From contig NC_090401.1 in assembly GCF_036365525.1 (NCBI RefSeq), forward strand, positions 24,181,839-24,245,838: a stretch of 64,000 nt of DNA, in the 5' to 3' direction. The stretch comes from Heterodontus francisci (Eukaryota). Within the stretch, counting starts at the first letter, position 1. The number at the start of each line of letters is the position of its first letter. The notes below the pieces were generated by a model. That model had not been told where the DNA came from and ran no database searches. It worked only from the letters and a program-made list of their open reading frames with translations. Below, in pieces: positions 13,155-23,407 of the stretch. The position numbers were made by a program, and so were the translations under genes.

Positions 13155-16100
13155 GCCCTTCGCTTTGCAAGCTGGAACGTCAGAACTATGTGTCCTGGCC
13201 TGTCGGAAGACCTTACACAAATCAACGATTCTCGGAAGACCGCCATCATTAACAACGAGCTCAGTAGATTCAATGTGGACATTGCAGCACTTCAGGAGAC
13301 TCGCCTCCCCGCGAGTGGCTCTCTAGCAGAGCAAGACTACACCTTCTTCTGGCAGGGCAGGGATCCTGAAGAACCAAGACAGCATGGAGTGGGCTTCGCC
13401 ATCAGAAACTCCTTGCTCAGCATGATAGAGCCTCCCTCAAATGGCTCGGAACGCATACTGTCCATCCGACTGCTCACCACCTCTGGTCCAGTACACCTAC
13501 TCAGCATCTGTGCTCCAACACTCTGCTCCGCACCTGAAGCTAAAGACCAGTTCTATGAACAACTCCATAACATCATTAGCAGCATCCCCAACACCGAACA
13601 CCTATTCCTGCTGGGGGACTTTAATGCCAGGGTTGGGGCCGACCATGACTCATGGCCCTCCTGCCTTGGGCGCTATGGCGTTGGAAGGATGAATGAGAAC
13701 GGGCAGAGACTGCTTGACTTGTGTACCTATCATAACCTCTGCATCACCAACTCGTTCTTTCACACTAAACCCTGTCACCAGGTTTCATGGAGGCACCCAA
13801 GATCACGTCGTTGGCACCAGCTAGACCTCATTGTCACAAGGCGAGCCGCCTTAAACAGTGTTCAAATCACACGCAGCTTCCACAGTGCGGACTGCGACAC
13901 CGACCACTCCCTGGTGTGCAGCAAGGTTAGACTCAGACCAAAGAAGTTGCATCATTCCAAGCAGAAGGGCCACCCGCGCATCAACACGAGCAGAATTTCT
14001 CACCCACAGCTGTTACAAAAATTTCTAAATTCACTTGTAACAGCCCTTCAAAACACTCCCACAGGGGATGCTGAGACCAAGTGGGCCCACATCAGAGACG
14101 CCATCTATGAGTCAGCTTTGACCACCTACGGCAAAAGTGCGAAGAGAAATGCAGACTGGTTTCAATCTCATAATGAAGAGCTGGAACCTGTCATAGCCGC
14201 TAAGCGCATTGCACTTTTGAACTACAAGAAAGCCCCCAGCGATTTAACATCCGCAGCACTTAAAGCAGCCAGAAGTACTGCACAAAGAACAGCTAGGCGT
14301 TGCGCAAACGACTACTGGCAACACCTATGCAGTCATATTCAGCTGGCCTCAGACACCGGAAACATCAGAGGAATGTATGATGGCATGAAGAGAGCTCTTG
14401 GGCCAACCATCAAGAAGATCACCCCCCTCAAATCTAAATCGGGGGACATAATCACTGACCAACGCAAACAGATGGACCGCTGGGTTGAGCACTACCTAGA
14501 ACTGTACTCCAGGGAGAATGCTGTCACTGAGACTGCCCTCAATGCAGCCCAGCCTCTACCAGTCATGGATGAGCTGGACATACAGCCAACCAAATCGGAA
14601 CTCAGTGATGCCATTGATTCCCTAGCCAGCGGAAAAGCCCCTGGAAAGGACAGCATTACCCCTGAAATAATCAAGAGTGCCAAGCCTGCTATACTCTCAG
14701 CACTACATGAACTGCTATGCCTGTGCTGGGACGAGGGAGCAGTACCCCAGGACATGCGCGATGCCAACATCATCACCCTCTATAAAAACAAAGGTGACCG
14801 CGGTGACTGCAACAACTACCGTGGAATCTCCCTGCTCAGCATAGTGGGGAAAGTCTTTGCTCGAGTCGCTCTGAACAGGCTCCAGAAGCTGGCCGAGCGC
14901 GTCTACCCTGAGGCACAGTGTGGCTTTCGTGCAGAGAGATCGACTATTGACATGCTGTTCTCCCTTCGTCAGATACAGGAGAAATGCCGTGAACAACAGA
15001 TGCCCCTCTACATTGCTTTCATTGATCTCACCAAAGCCATTGACCTCGTCAGCAGACGTGGTCTCTTCAGACTACTAGAAAAGATCGGATGTCCACCAAA
15101 GCTACTAAGTATCATCACCTCATTCCATGACAATATGAAAGGCACAATTCAACATGGTGGCTCCTCATCAGAGCCCTTTCCTATCCTGAGTGGTGTGAAA
15201 CAGGGCTGTGTTCTCGCACCCACACTTTTTGGGATTTTCTTCTCCCTGCTGCTTTCACATGCGTTCAAATCCTCTGAAGAAGGAATTTTCCTCCACACAA
15301 GATCAGGGGGCAGGTTGTTCAACCTTGCCCGTCTAAGAGCGAAGTCCAAAGTACGGAAAGTCCTCATCAGAGAACTCCTCTTTGCTGACGATGCTGCTTT
15401 AACATCTCACACTGAAGAATGCCTGCAGAGTCTCATCGACAGGTTTGCGTCTGCCTGCAATGAATTTGGCCTAACCATCAGCCTCAAGAAAACGAACATC
15501 ATGGGGCAGGATGTCAGAAATGCTCCATCCATCAATATTGGCGACCACGCTCTGGAAGTGGTTCAAGAGTTCACCTACCTAGGCTCAACTATCACCAGTA
15601 ACCTGTCTCTAGATGCAGAAATCAACAAGCGCATGGGTAAGGCTTCCACTGCTATGTCCAGACTGGCCAAGAGAGTGTGGGAAAATAGCGCACTGACACG
15701 GAACACAAAAGTCCGAGTGTATCAGGCCTGTGTCCTCAGTACCTTGCTCTACGGCAGCGAGGCCTGGACAACGTATGCCAGCCAAGAGCGACGTCTCAAT
15801 TCATTCCGTCTTCGCTGCCTTCGGAGAATACTTGGCATCAGGTGGCAGGACTATATCTCCAACACAGAAGTCCTTGAAGCGGCCAACACCCCCAGCTTAT
15901 ACACACTACTGAGTCAGCGGCGCTTGAGATGGCTTGGCCATGTGAGCCGCATGGAAGATGGCAGGATCCCCAAAGACACATCGTACAGCGAGCTCGCCAC
16001 TGGTATCAGACCCACCGGCCGTCCATGTCTCCGTTATAAAGACGTCTGCAAACGCGACATGAAATCGTGTGACATTGATCACAAGTCGTGGGAGTCAGTT

Positions 16101-16374
16101 GCCAGCATTCGCCAGAGCTGGCGGGCAGCCATAAAGACAGGGCTAAATTGTGGCGAGTCGAAGAGACTCAGTAGTTGGCAGGAAAAAAGACAGAGGCGCA
16201 AGGGGAGAGCCAACTGTGCAACAGCCCCAACAAACAAATTTCTCTGCAGCACCTGTGGAAGAGCCTGTCACTCCAGAATTGGCCTTTATAGCCACTCCAG
16301 GCGCTGCTTCACAAACCACTGACCACCTTCAGGCGCGTATCCATTGTCTCTCGAGATAAGGAGGCCCAAAAGAA
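13155..16374 (+). mobile_element. RTE-clade LINE, young, lacking its 5' UTR
   Basis: Perfect 12-bp TSD ACACTAATTCCA (13143-13154 / 16375-16386); single ORF; very short 3' UTR ending AAAAGAA. Confidence 0.93.
13188..16322 (+). CDS. RTE retrotransposon protein: APE endonuclease, reverse transcriptase and C-terminal zinc finger (1044 aa)
   Basis: ALQET, GVGF, GDFNARVG, LDLI, TDH (APE); KAPGKD, NYRGISLLS, QCGFR, GVKQGCVLAPTLF, LFADD, FTYLGS (RT); RLRWLGHV.RM (RTE-typical); CSTC..H..C finger; frame open from the element's first base (ALRFASWNVRTM). Confidence 0.92.
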   Translation: MCPGLSEDLTQINDSRKTAIINNELSRFNVDIAALQETRLPASGSLAEQDYTFFWQGRDPEEPRQHGVGFAIRNSLLSMIEPPSNGSERILSIRLLTTSGPVHLLSICAPTLCSAPEAKDQFYEQLHNIISSIPNTEHLFLLGDFNARVGADHDSWPSCLGRYGVGRMNENGQRLLDLCTYHNLCITNSFFHTKPCHQVSWRHPRSRRWHQLDLIVTRRAALNSVQITRSFHSADCDTDHSLVCSKVRLRPKKLHHSKQKGHPRINTSRISHPQLLQKFLNSLVTALQNTPTGDAETKWAHIRDAIYESALTTYGKSAKRNADWFQSHNEELEPVIAAKRIALLNYKKAPSDLTSAALKAARSTAQRTARRCANDYWQHLCSHIQLASDTGNIRGMYDGMKRALGPTIKKITPLKSKSGDIITDQRKQMDRWVEHYLELYSRENAVTETALNAAQPLPVMDELDIQPTKSELSDAIDSLASGKAPGKDSITPEIIKSAKPAILSALHELLCLCWDEGAVPQDMRDANIITLYKNKGDRGDCNNYRGISLLSIVGKVFARVALNRLQKLAERVYPEAQCGFRAERSTIDMLFSLRQIQEKCREQQMPLYIAFIDLTKAIDLVSRRGLFRLLEKIGCPPKLLSIITSFHDNMKGTIQHGGSSSEPFPILSGVKQGCVLAPTLFGIFFSLLLSHAFKSSEEGIFLHTRSGGRLFNLARLRAKSKVRKVLIRELLFADDAALTSHTEECLQSLIDRFASACNEFGLTISLKKTNIMGQDVRNAPSINIGDHALEVVQEFTYLGSTITSNLSLDAEINKRMGKASTAMSRLAKRVWENSALTRNTKVRVYQACVLSTLLYGSEAWTTYASQERRLNSFRLRCLRRILGIRWQDYISNTEVLEAANTPSLYTLLSQRRLRWLGHVSRMEDGRIPKDTSYSELATGIRPTGRPCLRYKDVCKRDMKSCDIDHKSWESVASIRQSWRAAIKTGLNCGESKRLSSWQEKRQRRKGRANCATAPTNKFLCSTCGRACHSRIGLYSHSRRCFTNH

Positions 16375-16926
16375 ACACTAATTCCATATTCCTACCACAT
16401 CCCCACCTGTCCCTATATTTCCCTGCCACCTACCTATACTAGGAGCAATTTATAATAGCCAATTAACCTATCAACCAGCAAGTCTTTGGCACGTGGGAGG
16501 AAACCAGAGCACCCGGAGGAAACCCACGCAGACACAGGGAGAACTTGCAAACTCCACACAGGCAGTACCCAGAATTGAACCCGGGTCGCTGGAGCTGTGA
16601 GGCTGCGGTGCTAACCACTGCGCCACTGTGCCGCCCATTGCTAATCATTTGCTCCACTCTGGCCCAGGGTTGCTGTCCATCTCTATAAAGGCTGGAAAGA
16701 CTGGCAGCTGTTGTGTATACAGGGTGATTGCTTTTGCTTAAATCTGGAGCAGAACCTTTTTTTTCTGTTCCAGCCCAGGTTTTTTACTGAACTCGAGTCC
16801 ATGTTTTCTCTCTAATCCAGTCCTAATTTTCTCTCGATTGTTTTTTGCCTTTGTTTTCTTTCTGCCCTTGGATCCTTCTGTGTCTCGTCTTTTCTTTTTC
16901 TCTTTTCTGTCTCATCATTGGAAAAA

Positions 16927-17345
16927 TGTAGTGTTGTGCAGTATTCTTAAGTTTTCATTAAATGATAACCACAGGCTTTATATTTGGATTCAACACAAAC
17001 ATTATTCATTGCCTTACTTATCTATATTGTATGATCTCAGGTCCAGGTCCTTTCCTCACTGGTGTGTGTTTGTTCTTTGCAAGCCATGTGTTGATAGTGT
17101 CTCTCAAAATGGTGCCTCCTCCTTATATACGTATGATGATGTCATCAGTTGCATCAGTGGTTTTGAGAGACACACACTCAAAACATGGCTTGCAATGTAC
17201 ATGCACACACCAATGAGGAAAAGACCTGGACTTGAGATCATACAATGTAGATAAGTAAGACAATAAATAGTGTTTGTATCGAATCCAAATATAAAGTCTG
17301 CAGTCATCATTTAATGAAGACTTAAGAACACAGCACAACACGACA
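16927..17345. repeat. Fold-back palindrome in the right Gypsy LTR (arms 16927-17109 and 17161-17345)
   Basis: CTTAAG..CATTAAATGAT..TTGTATGATCTCA..CCAGGTC..TTGCAAGCCATG..GTCTCTCAAAA is mirrored on the other side of a ~50-bp spacer. Confidence 0.9.
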
Positions 17346-18718
17346 CAAGGTGCTTCACAGCAGCATTATCAAAGATAATTTGACATTGAGTAACATAAGA
17401 AGATATTAAAACAAATGACCAAAAACTTGGTCAGAAGTAGGTTTTCAGGAGTATTTTAAAAGGGGAAAGGGAGGTAGAGGAGCAGAAAAGTTTAGGGAGG
17501 GAATTCAGAGCATAGAGCCTTGGCAGTTGAAGGCATGGGCACCAATGATGGAGCAATTAAAATTGGGGATGCTCAAGAGATCATAATTAGATGAGGATTG
17601 TTGTGCTGGAGAAGATTATAGAGATAGGAAGTGGTGGGGCCATGGAGGAATTTGAAAATAAGGATGAGAATTTTAAAATCAAGACTTTGCTTAAGCAGGA
17701 GTCAATGGAGGCCAGCAAGCACAGGAGTATGGGTGAACAGAACTTGGTGTGAGTTTTGGATGAGCTTAGGTTTATGAAGAGCAACTGGGAGTAGGAATAG
17801 TCACGTCTAGAGGTAGCCAAGGCATAGAAGATGGTTTCAGCAGCAAATGAGCTGAGGCAGGGCAGAGTCGGGCAATGCTATGGATGTGGAAATAGGTGGT
17901 CTTAGTGTTGGCACAGATATGTAGTCGGAAGCACATCTCAGCGTCCACTACAACACCAAGATTGTGGACAGTCTGATTCAGCCTCAGACAGTTGCAAAGC
18001 AGAGGGATGGAGTTGGTAACTAGAGAATGGAGTTTGTGGTGGAGACCAAGAACAATGGCGTCTGTCTTAGCATTTATTTGGAGGAAATTTCTGCTTATCC
18101 ATTGCTGGAGGCCAGACATGCAGTCTAAATTTTGGGATAGTGGAAGGTCAAGAGAGGTAGTGGTGAGGTGGAGCTGGGTTTTGTCAGTGTATACGTTAAA
18201 ACTGACACTGTCTTTCAGGTAATGTCACCAAGGGGCAGCGTGTAGATAAGAAATTAACTATCTGAGTTGTCAAAAACAGCCCTGATATCTCTCAATGGAA
18301 TGATTCCAGCTTTGACCATTTGATCCAGTAATATTGGATGTTCTTGGGAGTACAAATAACCATTGGAGACAAAAGAATGGGAAATGGATTAAATAATATG
18401 AGAGAAAAGGAACAGTTTTTAACAAGTCTGGATTTCATCACAAGGCCGAGGGATTCAGGTTTTCTTACACTATTGAATATATGCTCGCAATTTTTAAAGG
18501 TTTGCCATTTTGCTGAAATTGCAACACTTGTACTCTATCATTGAAAGTGTGTGTAGTGATGAATCACAGAATCATGGAGTTGTACAGTGCAGAAGGAGGC
18601 CATGAAGTGACATGCATACATCAGAACAAATGAAGGTGTTTGTAGTTGAGCTCCTGCTCTAGGTCTATTCTACAGATCCTGCAAACTCTTGGTCGGTGTT
18701 AAACACTTCAAAGAATAT

Positions 18719-20739
18719 GGGCTTGGTTTTCATTGTGGAGGCGGACAACAGGAACTGGGTCTGGTTTTGGGTCAGAAACCTGCCTCCTGTGGGAAGTTGA
18801 TTCAGATTGTAATTTTCAAATGGGTAAGCCCTTACTTGGTATGGAGATGGGTTTCCTGTCCATGTAGAGCCTGTTGGATTGAAAATGGCAGTGGCTCAGA
18901 TTACGTGTGGGGCTCATATAGACTACAACAGCAGCTTTCACTGAGGCTGCTGGTTGTCCTGAGGGAGAGATCTGCTTTTCACAGCACCAGAAGGAAGTGA
19001 GATGTCACATGGGAGCTGGAGGGATGGCACTAGGGGGCAGGGAAGACCCTTGATTCATCACTGCCGACCTGGATCTAATGCAGGAGGCTGTGAAGGAGAG
19101 GAGGGAGGTCATGTTCCCAGAGGGTGACAGGAGGAGGCCACCAGTGGCATCTCTCTGTTCAGTGTTATCCCATGCACTTCCTCTTCCTCCTCCTCCTCTC
19201 TTACCTCCTGCTCCTCCCTCGATGAGCTATCTCCTTTCAGAGCCTCACCTCTCTGGAGGGCCATGTTATGGAGAGCGAAGAAGACCCCCACAATGACCGA
19301 GACCTTTGCAGGAGGATATTGGAGGGTGGCACCTGACCGACCCAAGCACCAGAATCGCATCTTCACAAACCCGATAGTTTGCTTAATGGTTGGCCTGCTG
19401 AGCAGGTGGCATTGGTTCTTTTGCCTTTGTGCCTCTGTCTGGGGCTCCTGTAGAGGGGTCAGTAGCCATCTCTTCAAGGGATTTCCCTTGTCCTCTAAGA
19501 ACCAGCCATGCAACTTTGGGGGAATGGGATTAAGTGCTAAGGCAGCCTGGACTAGTGGAGGATGGAGGAGTCATGACAGCTGCCAGGAAAGCAAGTGCAC
19601 ATATGGAGGAAGCTCTTGTTATGGTTGGAGACCACTCAGGACACTGAGAGACTGGAAGCCCTTTCTGTTGATGAATCTCACTGGCCGGTTGCTGGTTGCC
19701 TTGATGACCACATGGACCATGCGATGATGCCCTGCACCTGGGGGAATCCAGCAATGGAGGCTGAACCTAATGCTCTCTGTGCCAGCGCAGGCCTATCTGT
19801 GTCAAAGTGCGTGTAGTTCCCTGCCCTCCTGTGAACGGCATCCGTAATCTGACTGATGGCCTAATGAGATGCCAATTACAAGATGTCACCTAGGTCTACA
19901 GCTGACCCCTGGAATGACCTTCTGGAATAGAAGTTCAGGGTGCTGGAGACCTTGATGGCTGCAGGTAAGGGACTGCCATGAGGGCCTTGAGGCCTCATAT
20001 GATTTTGGATTAGAGCACACAGGACCGAGGCCATCTGCCTGGATAGGTGCAGCTTCCTATGGCACTGACACTCTCTCATCTGCAGGTAGCTAACTCTTGG
20101 GCTGTGCAGCCAATGTTGTAATGGCTTGGGCTGCACCTTTGTCCCCTAGCAGTCCCCCACTGTGCTCCTTTGGCCTCCTGCTGTCCAGGAGATTGCATCT
20201 GCTGAAGCTCATCCCAGCTGCTCTGTCCAATGTCAGAATAGCCTGTTTCCATGTGAACTCCCTCAGCTGGGCTTTTTGCATTCACCAGGCCTTCCCCTGC
20301 CAACCCCAGTTGCCCCAGTGTGCCAGCGGACTCACGTCCCTCTTCAGATTCCTGCCACTTACCAACTGCACCAATAGCCACACTGAGACACATTTGAAGC
20401 AGCTGAGCTTTATTTTGTGCCTCTGCAGTCTTTTAATCAGCCCTTCCCATAGCCCTCATGGCCCTCCACATTGTTCACATCTTCATAATCCTGACATATT
20501 CCCCCCATGGCATCTTCCCCATTCCCAGCCTTCAATAATTGCTCACTGATACTGACAAGCCTGTTAAAGAGCTCTTTATTGAACTCAAAAAGCAATTAAA
20601 TAGAAGCGGGTGCCTGACATATTCCGGTGTCCTTTTAAAAATGCCATTGTGTTCCAGAGGTGGCATGCCCCAGTGCTGACCTCTGAGAATGCAATCTTCA
20701 AATCGTGCCCGCCTCCGTCAGGCTTTGAAAATCTGGCCC
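18719..20739. mobile_element. PIF/Harbinger transposon, deleted derivative (Myb-like start on +, transposase remnant on -)
   Basis: TIRs GGGCTTGGTTTTC / GAAAATCTGGCCC, TSD TAT; + strand EAVKERREVMFP.GDRRRP (19078); minus strand SFQGSAVDLG, DKGNPLKRWLLTP, IKQTIGFVKMRFWCL..LHNMAL. Confidence 0.88.
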
Positions 20740-21267
20740 TATTATTCCACAGTTTTCTCCTTTTACTTCCTCCCTCAGGTTGAAGCATAATCCTACATCA
20801 AACTGCATCTATCAAATAAAGTGTGTAACCTTTTGGCGTTGTTTTTGGATAGTTTGCAATACACATGTTTATTGTTCAGAGAGGGTGCTGTCCTCATTAC
20901 ATTCTGCCTGGCACTATCTGGTGCTTCATGGGGTGTGGAAATTATGTGATTCACCTTCGACCACAAGGCAAGAGTTGGAATTTCTGAGTGAAAGAGACAG
21001 CCGTCTTAATGTGTGATAACAGTAAAGAACCACCATAGAAATTGTAAAATAAGCATGGCTTTGTTCAGAGTCGGTCAACAGCGAAACTGCAAATTTCATT
21101 TGGGGATTAGCTGCCAGCAATTATTAAAGAATGTAAAAAGTAATAAAGCCTTGACAATAAATGGTCTATATAAGTTGGGAAGTGACCATGTTTTAATAAA
21201 AAGCACACTGTGGTAGAGGACAAAATAGATTTTAAAAAGACAATACCCATGGCATTTTTTACTTGCA

Positions 21268-21420
21268 ATTTTTTTTTTTTATTCTTCCATGGAATGTGAG
21301 CGTCACTGACAAGGCCAATATTTGTTGCCCAGCCCTAACTGCCCTTGAGAAGGCAGTGGTGAGCTGCCTTTTTGAACCATTGCAGTCCATCTGGTGTAGA
21401 TGCCACAGTGCCTTTTGAAG
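21268..21420 (-). mobile_element. 3' end of a CR1-group LINE sharing its tail with the SINE at 43062
   Basis: Minus strand encodes ..TPDGLQWFKKAAHH.LLKG, then GGGCAGTTAGGGCTGGGCAACAAAT..CACATTCC..GAATAAAAAA. Confidence 0.6.
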
Positions 21421-21604
21421 TGGTTTGAGTGGATGGAGGAAGTAAAGGGAAATTTTAAAAAGCTTTAAAATATGGAATGTAAGCAATGAAGCTTGCTTGT
21501 TGCTTCAAGACATGTAGAAACCAAAAATGAAAATCCACAATAATAAAACAGTAAGTGCTGGAAATACACAGCAGGTCTGGCAACATCTGTGGAGAGAGAA
21601 ACAG

Positions 21605-21641
21605 AGTTAATGTTTCAGGTCTGTGACCTTTCATCAGAACT
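21605..21641 (-). ncRNA. Minimal type I hammerhead ribozyme motif in the Penelope pLTR
   Basis: Minus strand AGTT-CTGATGA-A-AGGTC/ACA/GACCT-GAAA-CA-TT-AACT: stem I AGTT:AACT, conserved core, stem II; the palindromic stem III AACGTT is mutated to AACATT here and intact at 23230 and 59690. Confidence 0.7.
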
Positions 21642-22527
21642 GACATAGATTAGAAATGTAATACGTTTTGAGCAAGTGAAATGCGGGTGGCGGGTGTGTG
21701 TAGAAGAACAAAAGTGAAGGTCTGTGATAGAGTGGAGAGCAAGAGAGATTAAATGACAAAGATGTCATGGAACAAAAGGCAAAGGGAGTAATAATAGCCG
21801 CAGTAAAAGACAAAGCATTTGTACAGCGAGAGTGTTAATGGCAGAATAATGAACAGTTCTATCCAAAAGCAAAAATCTGATAAAAACAGTATAAGACTGG
21901 TACATGGTAAAAAAAAACAATCAAAATGACATTCATGTTCTGAAGTTGTTGAACTCAATATTGAGTCCAGAGGGCTGTAAAGTGCCTAATCAAAAGATAA
22001 GGTGCTATTCCTTGAGCTTACGTTGAGCTTCACTGGAACACTGCAGCAGGCCAAAGATAGAAATGTGGGCATAAGAGCAGGGTGATGAATTAAAATGGCT
22101 CAGGGTCATGCTTGCAGACTGAGCGGAGGTGTTCCACAAAGTGGCCACCCAATCTGCATTTGGTCTCCCCAGTGTAGAGGCAATCATATTGTGAGCAGCA
22201 AATACAGTATACTAAATTGAAAGAAGTACAAGTAAATCGTAGCTTCACTTGGAAGGAGTGTTTGGGGCCTTGGATGGTGAGAAGAGAAGAAATAAAAGGG
22301 TAGGTGTTACACCTCTTGCGGTTGCATATGAAGGTGCCATGGGAAGGGGATGAGGTGTCGGGGATGATAGAGGAATGGACCAAGGTGTCGTGGAGAAAAC
22401 AGTCCCTTTGGAATGCCGACAGGGGAGGGGAGGGGAAGACGTGTTTGGTGGTGGATGTGGAGGCTGGTGGGGTGGAAAGGGGAACCCTGCCATGGATCTG
22501 GGAGGGAGAGGAAGGGGTGAGGGCATA

Positions 22528-23108
22528 ACCATAAAACCATAGAAAAATTACAGCACAGGAGGAGGCCATTCAGCCCATCATGTCCATGCCAGCCAAAAAA
22601 ACTAGCTGCCCAATCTAATTCCACCTTCCAGTACCTGGTCCGTAGTCTTGCAGGTTACAGCACTTCAGATGCATGTCCAATCACCTTAAATCTGTGTCCC
22701 CTGGTAATTGACCTCCCCTCTAGGGTCCTTCCTGTCTACTCTGTCTAGGCCCCTCATAATTTTATACACCTCAATTAAGTCACCCCTCAGTCTCCTCTGT
22801 CCTAAGGAAAACAGCCCTAGCATATCCAATCTTTCTTAATAGTTGCAACTTTCAAGCCCTGGAAACATTCTTGTAAATCTCCTCTGTACTCTCTCAAGAG
22901 CAACTATGTCCTTCCTGTAATGTGGTGACCAGAACTGTACACAATACTCCAGCTGTGGCCTAACCAGCGTTTTATACAATTCCAGCATTACATCCCTGCT
23001 TTTGTATTCAATACTTCGGCCATTAAAGGAAAGCATTCCATATGCCTTCTTCACCACTTTATATACCTGTCTTGCTACCTTTAGGGACCTGTGGACATAC
23101 ATTCCAAG
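22528..23108 (-). mobile_element. CR1 3' fragment with internal deletion, inside the Penelope element
   Basis: ORF 22836-23150 VHRSLKVA..RPQLEYCVQFWSPHY..RFTRM; tail repeat (CTATGGTT-like) at 22528-22545. Confidence 0.85.
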
Positions 23109-23407
23109 AAGTGTGGAAAATGGGCTGAACATGGTCGATGGTCCTGTCAACCACAGTGGGAGGGAATCCTCAGTTGAGGAAAATGGAACACATATCAGAA
23201 GTGCTGTTGTGAAAGGTCACAGGCCTGAAACGTTAACTCTGTTTCTCTCTTCACAGATGCTGCCGGACCTGCTGTGTACTTCCAGCACTTTCTGTTTTTA
23301 TTTCAGATTTCCAGCATCTGTAGTATTTTGCTTTTATTTTAATGAAAATCCACAGCCATGGCTTGAATATTGAGAACCAATTAAGGTATTAATTAAGGTA
23401 TTAATTA

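Larger units (their letters stand above)
13052..16636 (-). mobile_element. HE1-like V-SINE split by the RTE LINE (13052-13154 and 16375-16636)
   Basis: The two halves rejoin into a copy nearly identical to 1236-1589; possible TSD ATTG (13048-51 / 16637-40). Confidence 0.9.
10572..17347 (-). mobile_element. Gypsy-type LTR retrotransposon, internally deleted (RT, RNase H and integrase core not seen)
   Basis: LTRs 10572-10842 and 16927-17160; TGT..ACA ends; TSD AGGT (10568-71 / 17348-51); minus-strand remnants of a gag zinc knuckle (C..KKCKACVKMG ~12340), protease ALIHSGA.VNI (~12150), NLL..KTASKLKLI (~11930) and integrase C-terminus DIVLVRQ..PFDPK (~11670) and NATFFKR. Confidence 0.8.
10523..18262 (-). 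mobile_element. L2-clade LINE 3' portion (10523-10571 plus 17348-18262), split by the Gypsy element
   Basis: Tail CAACAAC..TTTAATGTAGTAAAACATTCCAAGGT|GCTTCACAG..TTATCAAA rejoins across the insertion (compare the intact copy at 63130); ORF 17772-18119 QQWISRNFLQINAKT..NLGVVVD is a typical L2 RT C-terminus. Confidence 0.8.
21540..23340 (-). mobile_element. Penelope-like element, 5'-truncated, with inverted pseudo-LTR; interrupted by CR1
   Basis: 14-bp TSD AATGAAAATCCACA (21526-39 / 23341-54); minus-strand GIY-YIG remnant CNRKRCNT..FTCTSFNLVYCICCSQ..LYTGETKCRL..FVEHLRSV..HFN; thumb remnant FLN*GFPPTVVD (~23150); pLTR at 21540-21641 (-) and 23210-23340 (+). Confidence 0.88.

Noticed and set aside
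10572-17347. DIRS/Ngaro element suggested by the inverted and direct repeat layout
   Set aside because: Internal remnants are Gypsy protease and integrase C-terminus, a TSD is present, and no tyrosine recombinase motif was seen
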